A stretch of 24,000 nucleotides of DNA from Candidatus Electrothrix communis (GTDB lineage: Bacteria; Desulfobacterota; Desulfobulbia; Desulfobulbales; Desulfobulbaceae), in assembly GCA_030644725.1 (NCBI GenBank), contig CP130629.1:651572-675571 (forward strand). The letters run 5' to 3'. Below are positions 12,091-19,150 of the stretch, one piece after another. The position numbers and the translations under genes are program-made. How positions within the stretch are numbered: the stretch's first letter is position 1; every line of letters starts with the position of its first letter. The notes beneath the pieces were generated by a model, which ran no database searches, was not told where the DNA came from, and saw only the letters and a list, made by a program, of their open reading frames with translations.

Positions 12091-12702
12091 TTATCTGTCC
12101 GCCGAATTTTTCTTCTTATTTTTTTTGTTTGATTGGAACCAGGCAAGGATGCCAGCCAGTCCGATAATACAGCCAACCCCGCCAAGAATATCCCGAGGGC
12201 TGATCTTTTTTTCGCGTCCTTCTGTGAGATGCTGTTTTATGGGGACCAACTCTCTCTGCAACTCTTGCTGTACGATTTTGCGTATCGCCTCTATATCGAG
12301 GCCTTCTGCCGTTGGTCGGTCTTTTTGAAGAGCCGACGACGGGGCATTGTCCGGCGAGAGGTACTCGTCTGCTGTCAGAAGCCATTCTCCACGATGACCA
12401 TCCCCGGAATCCACTGAAATCAACAGGCTCAGCTTTTGTTGAACTGCCTGTTGAGGAGGGGTGAATTGGAACTTGCCTTCTTCATCTGTTTGTGTTGTCA
12501 GCAGGGAAGTCCGGGTTTCGCTGTCTTGAACATGAACCGGTACGTTTTTTGCTTTACGCCCTCCGCTAAAAAAAGCCTCTCCGTAAATATACTGGTCACC
12601 TGCCCATGAAAAAACATTCATTTTATGGGCTTGAGCAGGCAGTGCGAAGAACGTAAACAAGACGGCAAAGAAGAGAGTTGCCAGGATACGAGAACGGTTC
12701 AT
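12091..12702 (-). CDS. Bitopic metal-transport accessory protein (NikL/NikN-like) with a carboxypeptidase-regulatory-like beta domain
   Basis: The ATG at 12702 overlaps the cbiM stop (ATGA), indicating translational coupling. The sequence is MNRSRILATLFFAVLFTFFALPAQA|HKMNVFSWAGDQYIYGEAFFSGGRKAKNVPVHVQD...TDEEGKFQF, with a C-terminal TM helper segment (ILGGVGCIIGLAGILAWF) and a lysine-rich tail. Confidence 0.6.
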   Translation of the reverse strand: MNRSRILATLFFAVLFTFFALPAQAHKMNVFSWAGDQYIYGEAFFSGGRKAKNVPVHVQDSETRTSLLTTQTDEEGKFQFTPPQQAVQQKLSLLISVDSGDGHRGEWLLTADEYLSPDNAPSSALQKDRPTAEGLDIEAIRKIVQQELQRELVPIKQHLTEGREKKISPRDILGGVGCIIGLAGILAWFQSNKKNKKKNSADR

Positions 12703-13301
12703 ACGTATTCCAGGTGTAAAATTTCCGGTTGGACCTTGGCCAGAAAACCGACAGTGAACATGGTGATACATCCTTCAATAATCATGACCGGCACATTTGC
12801 TGCGATAATGAGTTGTGCAGCAGCGGTGAAGCCAGTATCGGTAAGGGCAAGGGCGCAGGCGGTCAGCAGTGAGGCCAGGAGAATTGCCACAAATCCTGCA
12901 ATAAAAGCGGCAGCAGGGCGTGTTTTGGGATTATCCATCCAAGGGCGGGTCAGGTAATAGCAACAGAGAGCTGGAACAGACATTGTGAGCGTATTCACCC
13001 CGAGGACGGCAAAACCGCCAAATTGAAAAAACAGCGCCTGAAGAAAGAGAGCGATAAGAATCGCCGGGAAAGCAGCCCAGCCCAGCATGACTCCGAGAAG
13101 TCCGATTAACATCAGATGTACGGATCCCGGCCCGAGAGGAACATGAACGAGTCCTGCAACAAAAAATGCGGAAGAAAACAGAGCAACGGGCATAATCTGT
13201 TCAAGATCAATCTTTTTCAATCCGATAAAGGTGCCGATGGCAGTAAAAGCACCGCCGCTTATCAAAACCGGTGCCGAAAGAATCCCTTCTGAAATATGCA
13301 T
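12699..13301 (-). CDS. cbiM: ECF transporter substrate-capture (S) component, CbiM/NikM family (Ni or Co)
   Basis: I set the start at the ATG at 13301, giving MHISEGILSAPVLISGGAF. The Met-His N-terminus is the conserved metal-ligating end of CbiM/NikM. The track ORF starts further upstream at a TTG. The protein is 200 aa and polytopic. Confidence 0.85.
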   Translation of the reverse strand: MHISEGILSAPVLISGGAFTAIGTFIGLKKIDLEQIMPVALFSSAFFVAGLVHVPLGPGSVHLMLIGLLGVMLGWAAFPAILIALFLQALFFQFGGFAVLGVNTLTMSVPALCCYYLTRPWMDNPKTRPAAAFIAGFVAILLASLLTACALALTDTGFTAAAQLIIAANVPVMIIEGCITMFTVGFLAKVQPEILHLEYV

Positions 13302-13626
13302 AATGTACGAGAGTAATATTTTTTTATTTTTTGTAACACTGAGAGCCTGTTTACTATAAAACTGAGGTTTTGTCAAGCTGTAGGTGGAATTTGTAGATGA
13401 TGAGCCGTTTTTATCGTGAAGTTGAGGAAGGAGAAGTTTATCAACTTGAATTGAAAATAATGCCTGGGTGAGTGGAGTTTGTGGAGAGGGGTGAAAGGAG
13501 TTGCAACCGAGGGAAAAGGATTTGTTTTCTTCTGTATTATTTGAAGAATATTTTTTCGTTTTCCTGTCAAGGAGTGTAGGTTCAGCCTAAGGGAATAGCT
13601 GACAAAGCTGGTCATGTAAAAAAAAT

Positions 13627-13654
13627 ATTGACAGCAAAAATATTAAGGGTATCT
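13627..13654 (+). promoter_or_regulatory. Putative sigma70 promoter of the ferredoxin gene
   Basis: TTGACA (13627-13632), a 16-nt spacer, then TATCTT (13649-13654), about 95 nt upstream of the ATG. Confidence 0.4.
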
Positions 13655-13750
13655 TTGCCCAAGTCAGTACATGTTGTTTGTACATAAATAATCGTGAGGT
13701 TACTTTTATAAAAAGGGCTCGTTAGAGGGCCGCTACTAAGGAGAAAGACA

Positions 13751-13936
13751 ATGTTTGAAGTCGTTGTAGACAAAGAAAAATGTACAGGTTGTGAAGAGTG
13801 TGTCGGTTCTTGCCCCGCCGGAGTATTCGAGTTCAATGATGGGAAATCAGAGCCGGTAAACGAAGACGAATGTCTGGGTTGTGAGACCTGTGTGGAAGTT
13901 TGCGAGTCAGACGCCATCACTGTTACTGAGTCCTAA
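13751..13936 (+). CDS. fdx: 2x[4Fe-4S] ferredoxin (61 aa)
   Basis: The sequence is MFEVVVDKEKCTGCEECVGSCPAGVFEF...DECLGCETCVEVCESDAITV, containing two CxxCxxCxxxC motifs. An AAGGAGAAA SD lies 5 nt upstream. Confidence 0.9.
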   Translation: MFEVVVDKEKCTGCEECVGSCPAGVFEFNDGKSEPVNEDECLGCETCVEVCESDAITVTES

Positions 13937-14106
13937 GGGGCGCAGTTGATGATGAGGCAACGGTGTTGCTGCAGCATAGCCGTTGCCCACTATTAACCGA
14001 GGCGTTCGCTTATCGGTTTTCCTTCTCTCTGTTCCATTTTCATAATTTTCTCTTTCCCGCCACCCTTATTTCGCCCCCTTCTTCTCTTTCGGTAACAGGC
14101 AGCAAT

Positions 14107-14140
14107 AAAAAAGGGCACAGGGAAAATCCCTGTGCCCTTT
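14107..14140. terminator. Bidirectional intrinsic terminator between the convergent ferredoxin and Cys-repeat genes
   Basis: The sequence aaaaaaGGGCACAGGGaaaatCCCTGTGCCCttt has a 10-bp stem (14113-14122 / 14128-14137), with an A-run on one side and a T-run on the other. Confidence 0.75.
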
Positions 14141-14168
14141 GAGAAGCTTTACTTCAGTGTACGGCTAA

Positions 14169-15287
14169 TTAATGTTGGAAGCGCAGTCCTATACCAAAAC
14201 GTCCATATTGATCCATGTCGCTCAGCTCATCAACAGCATTTCGAGCTTCGAGGAAGACGGAAATGTTAAAGTCATCTCGATGGCCGTAGACTCGTGCTCC
14301 GATATTAGCCAGAATGTCGATGTCTGTGTCTTCGGAATCGAGATCATCATCTCCAGCACTTATCCATGCGCCGAGGCCGAGGCCGATAAAGCCATCAAAG
14401 GCACCAGACCAGTTGTATTGGGCAAAGAGATCAATCAGCAGGGCATCGTCTCCGTCAGAACCATCTAACTTAGGAGCTGCACCGACCATAGCCAAATAAG
14501 ATATATTCTCATAAGAAGTCCCAGCATAAGGGCTGTACTCCACACCTAAGCGAGCAAAGAGAAAGTCCGCCGGATCGGAGAGGCGCAGGTAACCGATGTC
14601 GCCAATAAAACGAAGTGGGCCCATTGATCCGCCGCCGTAACAGCCGAGTTCCTGGCATTCAGCCGGGCAGTCTTCTGCGTCAGGGTTGTCTTCACATTCA
14701 GCTGGGCAGTCATCACAAGTGATCGCAGCAGTTGGTTCGTCAGAGTTATCAGACAGACACTCTTCCGGCACATCCTGGCATTCAGCCGGACAGCTTTCCT
14801 GGTCTTGAGATTCACCTTTGCAGGATGCTGGGCAGTCAGTAGGGTATTTATCGCAAATATTGCAACCCAACTCGTCACACACAGGCGGGCAATCCTGTCC
14901 TTCAGGATTTTCGATACACTCTACAGAACAGTCTTCACAACTGTAACATTTTATGTCGCGGCATATATCTGGACAGCCTTCGGCATAGGGGTTGATTTTA
15001 CATTCGTCCGTACAGTCTTCACAGGATTGGCAAGTGACATCCTTGCAGATATCTGGACAATCCGTACCGTACGGGTTCATTTTGCATTCATCTGAGCAGT
15101 CGTCGCAGGATGCTTGGGATGATTGACATTCTGGATCCTTACAGACGGACGGACATCCTTTACTATAAGGATTTTCCAAACATTCATCGGAGCAGTCGTC
15201 GCAGGTGAAGGCTCTGCCTCCGGCAAAGGCGACACCCGCCGACAGCACGACTAAAACAGCAGCCTGTGCCAACACTTTCAGTTTCAT
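14169..15287 (-). CDS. Secreted acidic cysteine-rich tandem-repeat protein with a beta-rich (possibly outer-membrane barrel) C-terminal domain
   Basis: The ATG at 15287 follows an AAGGAGAG SD; the track start at 15296 is a GTG. The signal peptide is MKLKVLAQAAVLVVLSAGVAFA. About 36 Cys occupy residues 29-216 in 28-aa repeats of the form C[DE]DC[ST]xECxxNP[YE]xxxCPx[IV]Cx[DE]xxCxx: four full copies, two degenerate copies and one further full copy. The last ~155 aa have alternating-hydrophobic beta-strand character and end GIGLRFQH. Confidence 0.7.
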   Translation of the reverse strand: MKLKVLAQAAVLVVLSAGVAFAGGRAFTCDDCSDECLENPYSKGCPSVCKDPECQSSQASCDDCSDECKMNPYGTDCPDICKDVTCQSCEDCTDECKINPYAEGCPDICRDIKCYSCEDCSVECIENPEGQDCPPVCDELGCNICDKYPTDCPASCKGESQDQESCPAECQDVPEECLSDNSDEPTAAITCDDCPAECEDNPDAEDCPAECQELGCYGGGSMGPLRFIGDIGYLRLSDPADFLFARLGVEYSPYAGTSYENISYLAMVGAAPKLDGSDGDDALLIDLFAQYNWSGAFDGFIGLGLGAWISAGDDDLDSEDTDIDILANIGARVYGHRDDFNISVFLEARNAVDELSDMDQYGRFGIGLRFQH

Positions 15288-15390
15288 GGTTCTCACTCTC
15301 CTTGTTCTGTGAAGTTTATCTCATTGCCCGTATTTTCGGACGAACTGTATTCTACCTGGATACAAGTGGTAAAATTTTTTTTACTTTTAA

Positions 15391-15419
15391 TATATATAAA
15401 CTCCTTGGTGATCTGGCAA
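15391..15419 (-). promoter_or_regulatory. Putative sigma70 promoter of the Cys-repeat gene
   Basis: The minus strand reads TTGCCA (15419-15414), a 17-nt spacer, then TATATA (15396-15391), about 100 nt upstream of the ATG. Confidence 0.4.
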
Positions 15420-15606
15420 CATAAAAAAGGCGACGAGTGCCTGTAACATCATTTTTTAGTACAACAGCGTGCCACGTGTAAAGAAAATAAGATTAGCTCT
15501 TGCGTTCCCTTACCAAGAGGCTACATTACAGTTTGAGAGGCTCAGGTTGTCGCCGAGCAGATGGGTAGTGAAATTTCAGCTCTTACATGCAACTTACTTA
15601 AAAAAT

Positions 15607-16224
15607 ATGAATAAAATAAATGTAATGACCGGTCTCGTTTGGGTGTTCCTTCTGCTCGGTTATTGCTTCTTTCCAGAACTGGTTAAACAGGATTCGATTC
15701 AATTTCCCCTGGCCTTGCTTCTGTCTGTTTTTCTGCCGGTAAGTTTTTGGCAGGTTGCAAACCAGGAAAAAAGAAAATACTTCGCTTTGCTCTTTGTCGG
15801 TATATTTATTATTAATATTTCCTTCCTGCTGGTTGTCATTCGGGGTAGCTTTGCTATGCAGCAACAAATCACGAAAGAAGTGAACAGAGGGATACAGCAG
15901 GAGCTGGCAGGATATTTGGTTACCGCAGTCAGTGGTAATAAACGGAGGATCGCAGCTCGACTTATTTACCAGCGGCACGGTGTCGCCCTGCCGTTTAAAA
16001 ATGACTCAGGGTCCTACACTCTATACGTGCCGAGCGAAGCTGATAAGGAAACGTTTCAGAAAAACTTTTTCGCACGCAATGATCTCAAGCTCCAGAATGG
16101 GGGCTTTTCAGCTTCTTTTGCCACTGCGGCCCTATTGCTAATGATCCATGCGGGGCTTTTTATTACGCTGCTGGTCTTTCTGGTCCTTTATGATAAGAAG
16201 GTGATAGTAAGGGGCGAGAGGTAA
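15607..16224 (+). CDS. Hypothetical integral membrane protein
   Basis: The track ORF starts at the GTG at 15469. I prefer the ATG at 15607 (MNKINVMTGLVWVFLLLGYCFF), which is followed by 3-4 TM helices, a soluble ~90-aa loop and a final TM. There is no clear SD and I recognise no family. Confidence 0.45.
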   Translation: MNKINVMTGLVWVFLLLGYCFFPELVKQDSIQFPLALLLSVFLPVSFWQVANQEKRKYFALLFVGIFIINISFLLVVIRGSFAMQQQITKEVNRGIQQELAGYLVTAVSGNKRRIAARLIYQRHGVALPFKNDSGSYTLYVPSEADKETFQKNFFARNDLKLQNGGFSASFATAALLLMIHAGLFITLLVFLVLYDKKVIVRGER

Positions 16225-16357
16225 TACGTATCTACAGTCCTGCATCGAAAAAGGGAAAGCTTAATTTTTGAGAAGTTCATTAGGTAGCAAGATAGGGTGG
16301 TACGCGCCACCGCCCCGCCCGATAATTATCTGATTATAACAACAAGGAGAGCAGGTC

Positions 16358-16753
16358 ATGATAAAACAGGAAACACACAGTGTGGCAATGGGGTACATCC
16401 TCTGGATTTTTGGTTTTATGGGGATGCATCGCTTTTATTACGGCAAGCCGATCTCCGGCACCGTGTATTTTTTCACGCTGGGCCTGCTCGGCATTGGTTG
16501 GATCATTGATCTGTTCCTGATTCCGAGTATGGATCGTCAAGCTGACCTGCGCTTTACTCCGGGTCCTACGGATTATAATATCTGCTGGATTCTGTTGGTC
16601 TTCCTTGGAGCCTTTGGGGTTCATCGCATGTACATGGGGAAATGGCTGAGCGGAATTCTTTACCTCCTCACTCTAGGGGTATTCGGTTTAGGTATCCTTT
16701 ACGATCTCTGGACCCTGAATAATCAATTGACAGAGGTCAATACCGGCGTATAA
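16358..16753 (+). CDS. TM2 domain-containing protein (two TM2 repeats)
   Basis: Two copies of the TM2 signature are present: GYILWIFGFMGMHRFYYGKPISGTVYFFTLGLLGIGWIIDLF and WILLVFLGAFGVHRMYMGKWLSGILYLLTLGVFGLGILYDLW. An AAGGAGAG SD lies 7 nt upstream. Confidence 0.85.
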   Translation: MIKQETHSVAMGYILWIFGFMGMHRFYYGKPISGTVYFFTLGLLGIGWIIDLFLIPSMDRQADLRFTPGPTDYNICWILLVFLGAFGVHRMYMGKWLSGILYLLTLGVFGLGILYDLWTLNNQLTEVNTGV

Positions 16754-16793
16754 CGAAAAAACGTCGAGAAATTCTACCCATTATTTCGAGTAC

Positions 16794-16855
16794 CGTAGGG
16801 GGAACCTATGTGTTCGCCCTTTTATGCCGGGCAGACACACAGGGCTGCCCCTACG
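16794..16855. repeat. Inverted pair of the module-C hairpin repeat (GTAGGG..CTGTGTCTGCCC family), terminator-like after the TM2 gene
   Basis: The sequence is cgtagggggaacctatgtgttcgccc-ttttatgcc-gggcagacacacagggctgcccctacg followed by TTTT. The arms are imperfect reverse complements and are homologous to 18538-18568, 21181-21210, 22889-22920 and 22941-22967. Confidence 0.7.
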
Positions 16856-16862
16856 TTTTCAT

Positions 16863-16894
16863 GTTGCATTCCTGTTGCAATTCCTGTTGCAATC
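16863..16894 (+). repeat. Short tandem direct repeat TGTTGCA(A)TTCC x ~2.8
   Basis: The sequence is tgttgcattcc tgttgcaattcc tgttgcaatc. It lies 13-44 nt upstream of the sigma54-like element and may be a regulator-binding array. Confidence 0.6.
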
Positions 16895-16906
16895 ACACCT
16901 GATCTA

Positions 16907-16922
16907 TGGCACTCTTGCTGCA
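16907..16922 (+). promoter_or_regulatory. Sigma54-type (-24/-12) promoter candidate
   Basis: TGGCACtcttgCTGCA compares with the consensus TGGCACG-N4-TTGCW. The GG and GC dinucleotides are correctly spaced. The site is 272 nt upstream of the IscA-like ATG with no intervening credible gene. Confidence 0.35.
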
Positions 16923-17193
16923 ACTTTTACCTCTTACCCATCTCCAAACACCGTATGATGATTATTTCTCCATATCTCTGAGGCCGTGCAAACGGTATCC
17001 GGCCCAGGTTGGGCTGGCAGGACATCTCAGCGGTTCTTTCTCCTTTCTGATTTCTCTCGAATATCCTTCTTTGTTTTCCTGAAAATCAGACGAGCAGGAA
17101 ACCGTCTGGTCTCTGTGTTCTTTTTTAAGAATAAAGGGGGGCATCCCTCATTTTTCCAGGTCAACAGATCTGTCAATTTATCAGGAGATTATC

Positions 17194-17553
17194 ATGCTAG
17201 AAGTAACTGAAACAGCAATCACGAACGTTAAAGAATACCTGCGTGAGCAAAATATTGAGTCCGCAGTTCGTATTGTTATGATGTCTGGGGGCTGCTCGGG
17301 ACCCGGTCTCGGCCTGGCCCTTGATGAGGCCAAGGAGAATGACCTGACCTCTGAACAGGACGGGGTAAACTTCCTTGTGGAAAAAGTTCTTGCCGAGACC
17401 TGCGGTACTATTACCGTGGACTTCACAGAGGCCTCGGGTAGCGGTTGTGGTTGTTCCGGCGGCGGGTTCAGCATCAAAAGTGAAAAACCTCTGTCAGGTG
17501 ATGATGAAAAAAGTGGGTGTGGTTGTTCCTGTACCTCAGGTTCCTGCGGTTAA
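17194..17553 (+). CDS. IscA/HesB-family Fe-S cluster insertion protein with an extra Cys-rich C-terminal tail
   Basis: The sequence is MLEVTETAITNVKEYL...VRIVMMSGGCSGPGLGLALDE...SGSGCGCSGGGFSI, giving the canonical Cys-x(n)-CGC-x-x-x-F triad. A 24-aa tail follows: KSEKPLSGDDEKSGCGCSCTSGSCG. A CAGGAG SD lies 6 nt upstream. Confidence 0.75.
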   Translation: MLEVTETAITNVKEYLREQNIESAVRIVMMSGGCSGPGLGLALDEAKENDLTSEQDGVNFLVEKVLAETCGTITVDFTEASGSGCGCSGGGFSIKSEKPLSGDDEKSGCGCSCTSGSCG

Positions 17554-17771
17554 TTTTGTAACGGAGATAAAATTCCGTAGATAATTCCGGCGATAACTCG
17601 CCGGGATATCAGTGAATGTCCTTTCGAGGCAAGACGTTCTAGAGGGGCAAGCCGCTCATAGCCCTTCGTTTCAACGATGGGTGTAGGGTATTGATGCACT
17701 TATCTTTTGATATTTCGACGAAACAACGAGATACATAATTCTTGATGTCGAACGTAGGTTAAGCAGAACGT

Positions 17772-18335
17772 ATGGTAAAAAATATGGCGGGTTTCAAAGA
17801 TGCTGGAAATTTTATCCTCCAGCCTTTCCAGGAAGAGCGCTTTGCTGCCAACCTCCAAATCACCGGCACCCTTGCCCGCAGCGCAACCGACCTCCTGATC
17901 AGTTATGAGCTCGGCGGCAACGTGGATGATGTTCTTTTTCCTCCACCGATTAGCTCGCCCCGCCGCAGGGATGGACTTTGGCAGGCAACCTGTTTTGAGT
18001 TCTTTGTCGCGGTCAGTGGCTCGCACCAATACTGGGAAATTAATCTCTCGCCTTCCGGAGATTGGAATGTCTACGCCTTTACTGAGTATCGTCACGGGAT
18101 GCGAGAGGAAACCTCTCTTGCCGCCTTGCCTTGTACCGTGCATCGACAACCAGAATCCTATCAGCTTGCGCTGGATTTTCCTCTGGCAAAATTGATCGCT
18201 CTGGATCAGCCCATCGAAGTCGGGATCAGCGCAGTGCTGTTGGGGGAAAAGGGTCAGCAAGGTTTTTATGCTCTGACCCATTGCGGTTCTCAGCCTGATT
18301 TTCATCAGCGGGAAAGCTTTTTGATGAGGCTCTAA
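17772..18335 (+). CDS. DOMON-like (CBM9-like) domain protein
   Basis: In the 187-aa ORF, the block RRRDGLWQATCFEFFVAVSGSHQYWEINLSPSGDWNVYAFTEYRHGM matches my recollection of the bacterial DOMON-like family (LW..TCFE.F....YLEFN.SPSG.W..Y.F..YR.GM). The antisense ORF 17700-18407 is discounted. Confidence 0.5.
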   Translation: MVKNMAGFKDAGNFILQPFQEERFAANLQITGTLARSATDLLISYELGGNVDDVLFPPPISSPRRRDGLWQATCFEFFVAVSGSHQYWEINLSPSGDWNVYAFTEYRHGMREETSLAALPCTVHRQPESYQLALDFPLAKLIALDQPIEVGISAVLLGEKGQQGFYALTHCGSQPDFHQRESFLMRL

Positions 18336-18405
18336 CGACTCTAACTGGAACGCATGTTGGATTGTCCGGTAGGCAAGGAAAGCACGGCTGCACATTGGCC
18401 GCTCC

Positions 18406-18603
18406 ATGCCCCAACGGGGCTGTATCTAACCAGCCCAGGGTAACACCTTGAGTACACAATCCATCCGGGTTGCTCGGGGTATTACCCCGAGCTTGTTAGA
18501 TATAACCCTTTCAGGGTATTGGTACCCGTTAACCTGCCGTAGGGTGCAGATCCCTGTGTCTGCCCTGAATATAATGATGCCAAGGTCCTTGCCCCAACGG
18601 GAC
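18406..18603 (+). repeat. Composite hairpin-repeat cluster 1 (modules A-B-C-A')
   Basis: A is 18406-18455: atGCCCCaacGGGGCtgtatctaaccagcCCAGGGTaacACCTTGagtac. B is 18471-18520: tgCTCGGGGTattACCCCGAGcttgttagatataACCCTttcAGGGTatt. C is 18538-18568: cgtagggtGCAGATccctgtGTCTGCcctga. A' is a partial copy at 18574-18603. The cluster is homologous, module by module, to clusters 2 and 3. Confidence 0.85.
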
Positions 18604-18763
18604 ACGAATCCGCCATCCTGGGCATCATCGCAACGACCTTGCGGAATCCCGCCCTTTTTTGTACACTCCTGCTGTCCTTTTTCTTTTTCCGTTAACAGAG
18701 ATATTGCGAGGTTGTACGTTTCCCTCAGCCTTCTCTCTTCTTATCCCTTCGAGAAAATCATCT

Positions 18764-19150
18764 ATGAACGCAAAACTTTCATTGCATAACAGCGAGATAT
18801 CGGAAGAAGATATCCAGGATCTGGTCTTATCGCTTACGCAAACTCTGAACCAGGAAACCGATCTGACAGCGCGACTTCCCGAAGAAGTAGGTGGCCCAGG
18901 CAGCAAAGGGGATGCTGTCACCATTGGAGAGATTTTCATTGCCGCCCTGAGTTCCGGCACGGTTGCGGCCCTTTTGCAGGTGCTGAAGTCCTATGTTGAG
19001 CGAAAACCGACTCTGCGCATTGAAGTAGAGACCCTGGACGGCAACAAGGTTAAAATTGAGGCTGAGCATCTCAGTCCGGGGCAGATAGAGCAGACCACCC
19101 GAGCAGTGAAGCAGCTTTGCGGTCAAACCGCTGATGACGGCAATGGCTGA
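18764..19150 (+). CDS. EACC1-like (effector-associated constant component) small protein
   Basis: I place the start at the internal ATG at 18764, giving 128 aa. The pattern is EEDIQDLVLSLTQTLNQETDLTARLPEEVGGPGSKGDAVTIGEIFIAALSSGTVAALLQVLKSYVERKPTLRIEVETLDGNKVKIEAEHLSPGQIEQ. This matches the recalled EACC1 architecture: an acidic N-terminus, G-x-x-G, a hydrophobic A/G/S-rich helix, a basic turn, and then h-x-h-x-h..DG..h.h.A. Its stop overlaps the start of the caspase gene. Confidence 0.65.
   Translation: MNAKLSLHNSEISEEDIQDLVLSLTQTLNQETDLTARLPEEVGGPGSKGDAVTIGEIFIAALSSGTVAALLQVLKSYVERKPTLRIEVETLDGNKVKIEAEHLSPGQIEQTTRAVKQLCGQTADDGNG

Noticed and set aside
13333-13339. GTAACAC, one half of the GTGTTAC-N13/14-GTAACAC NikR operator type reported for some delta-proteobacteria, 32 nt upstream of the cbiM start
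   Set aside because: The partner half-site at the required spacing reads AGTAATA, so there is no palindrome. A single 7-mer is not evidence of a NikR site.
13302-13750. Possible cobalamin riboswitch upstream of cbiM
   Set aside because: I read both strands and found no B12-box-like GCCACTG-type core and none of the usual GC-rich paired regions. The tract is pyrimidine-rich and looks unstructured on the sense strand.
13373-13920. Minus-strand ORFs 13373-13615 (80 aa) and 13612-13920 (102 aa) upstream of cbiM
   Set aside because: Both have low-complexity S/T/P/F-rich translations. The second is antisense to the well-supported ferredoxin gene and its promoter.
15465-15480. TGGCACGCTGTTGTAC on the minus strand upstream of the Cys-repeat gene, as a sigma54 promoter
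   Set aside because: The -12 element is TTGT rather than TTGC, so the invariant GC is missing at the correct spacing. A good sigma70-type -35/-10 pair lies closer to the gene.
17700-18407. 235-aa minus-strand ORF overlapping the DOMON-like gene
   Set aside because: The plus-strand frame carries the conserved CFEFF...WEINLSPSG.WN.Y.F..YR.GM block. The minus-strand product has no recognisable features and would run into repeat cluster 1.
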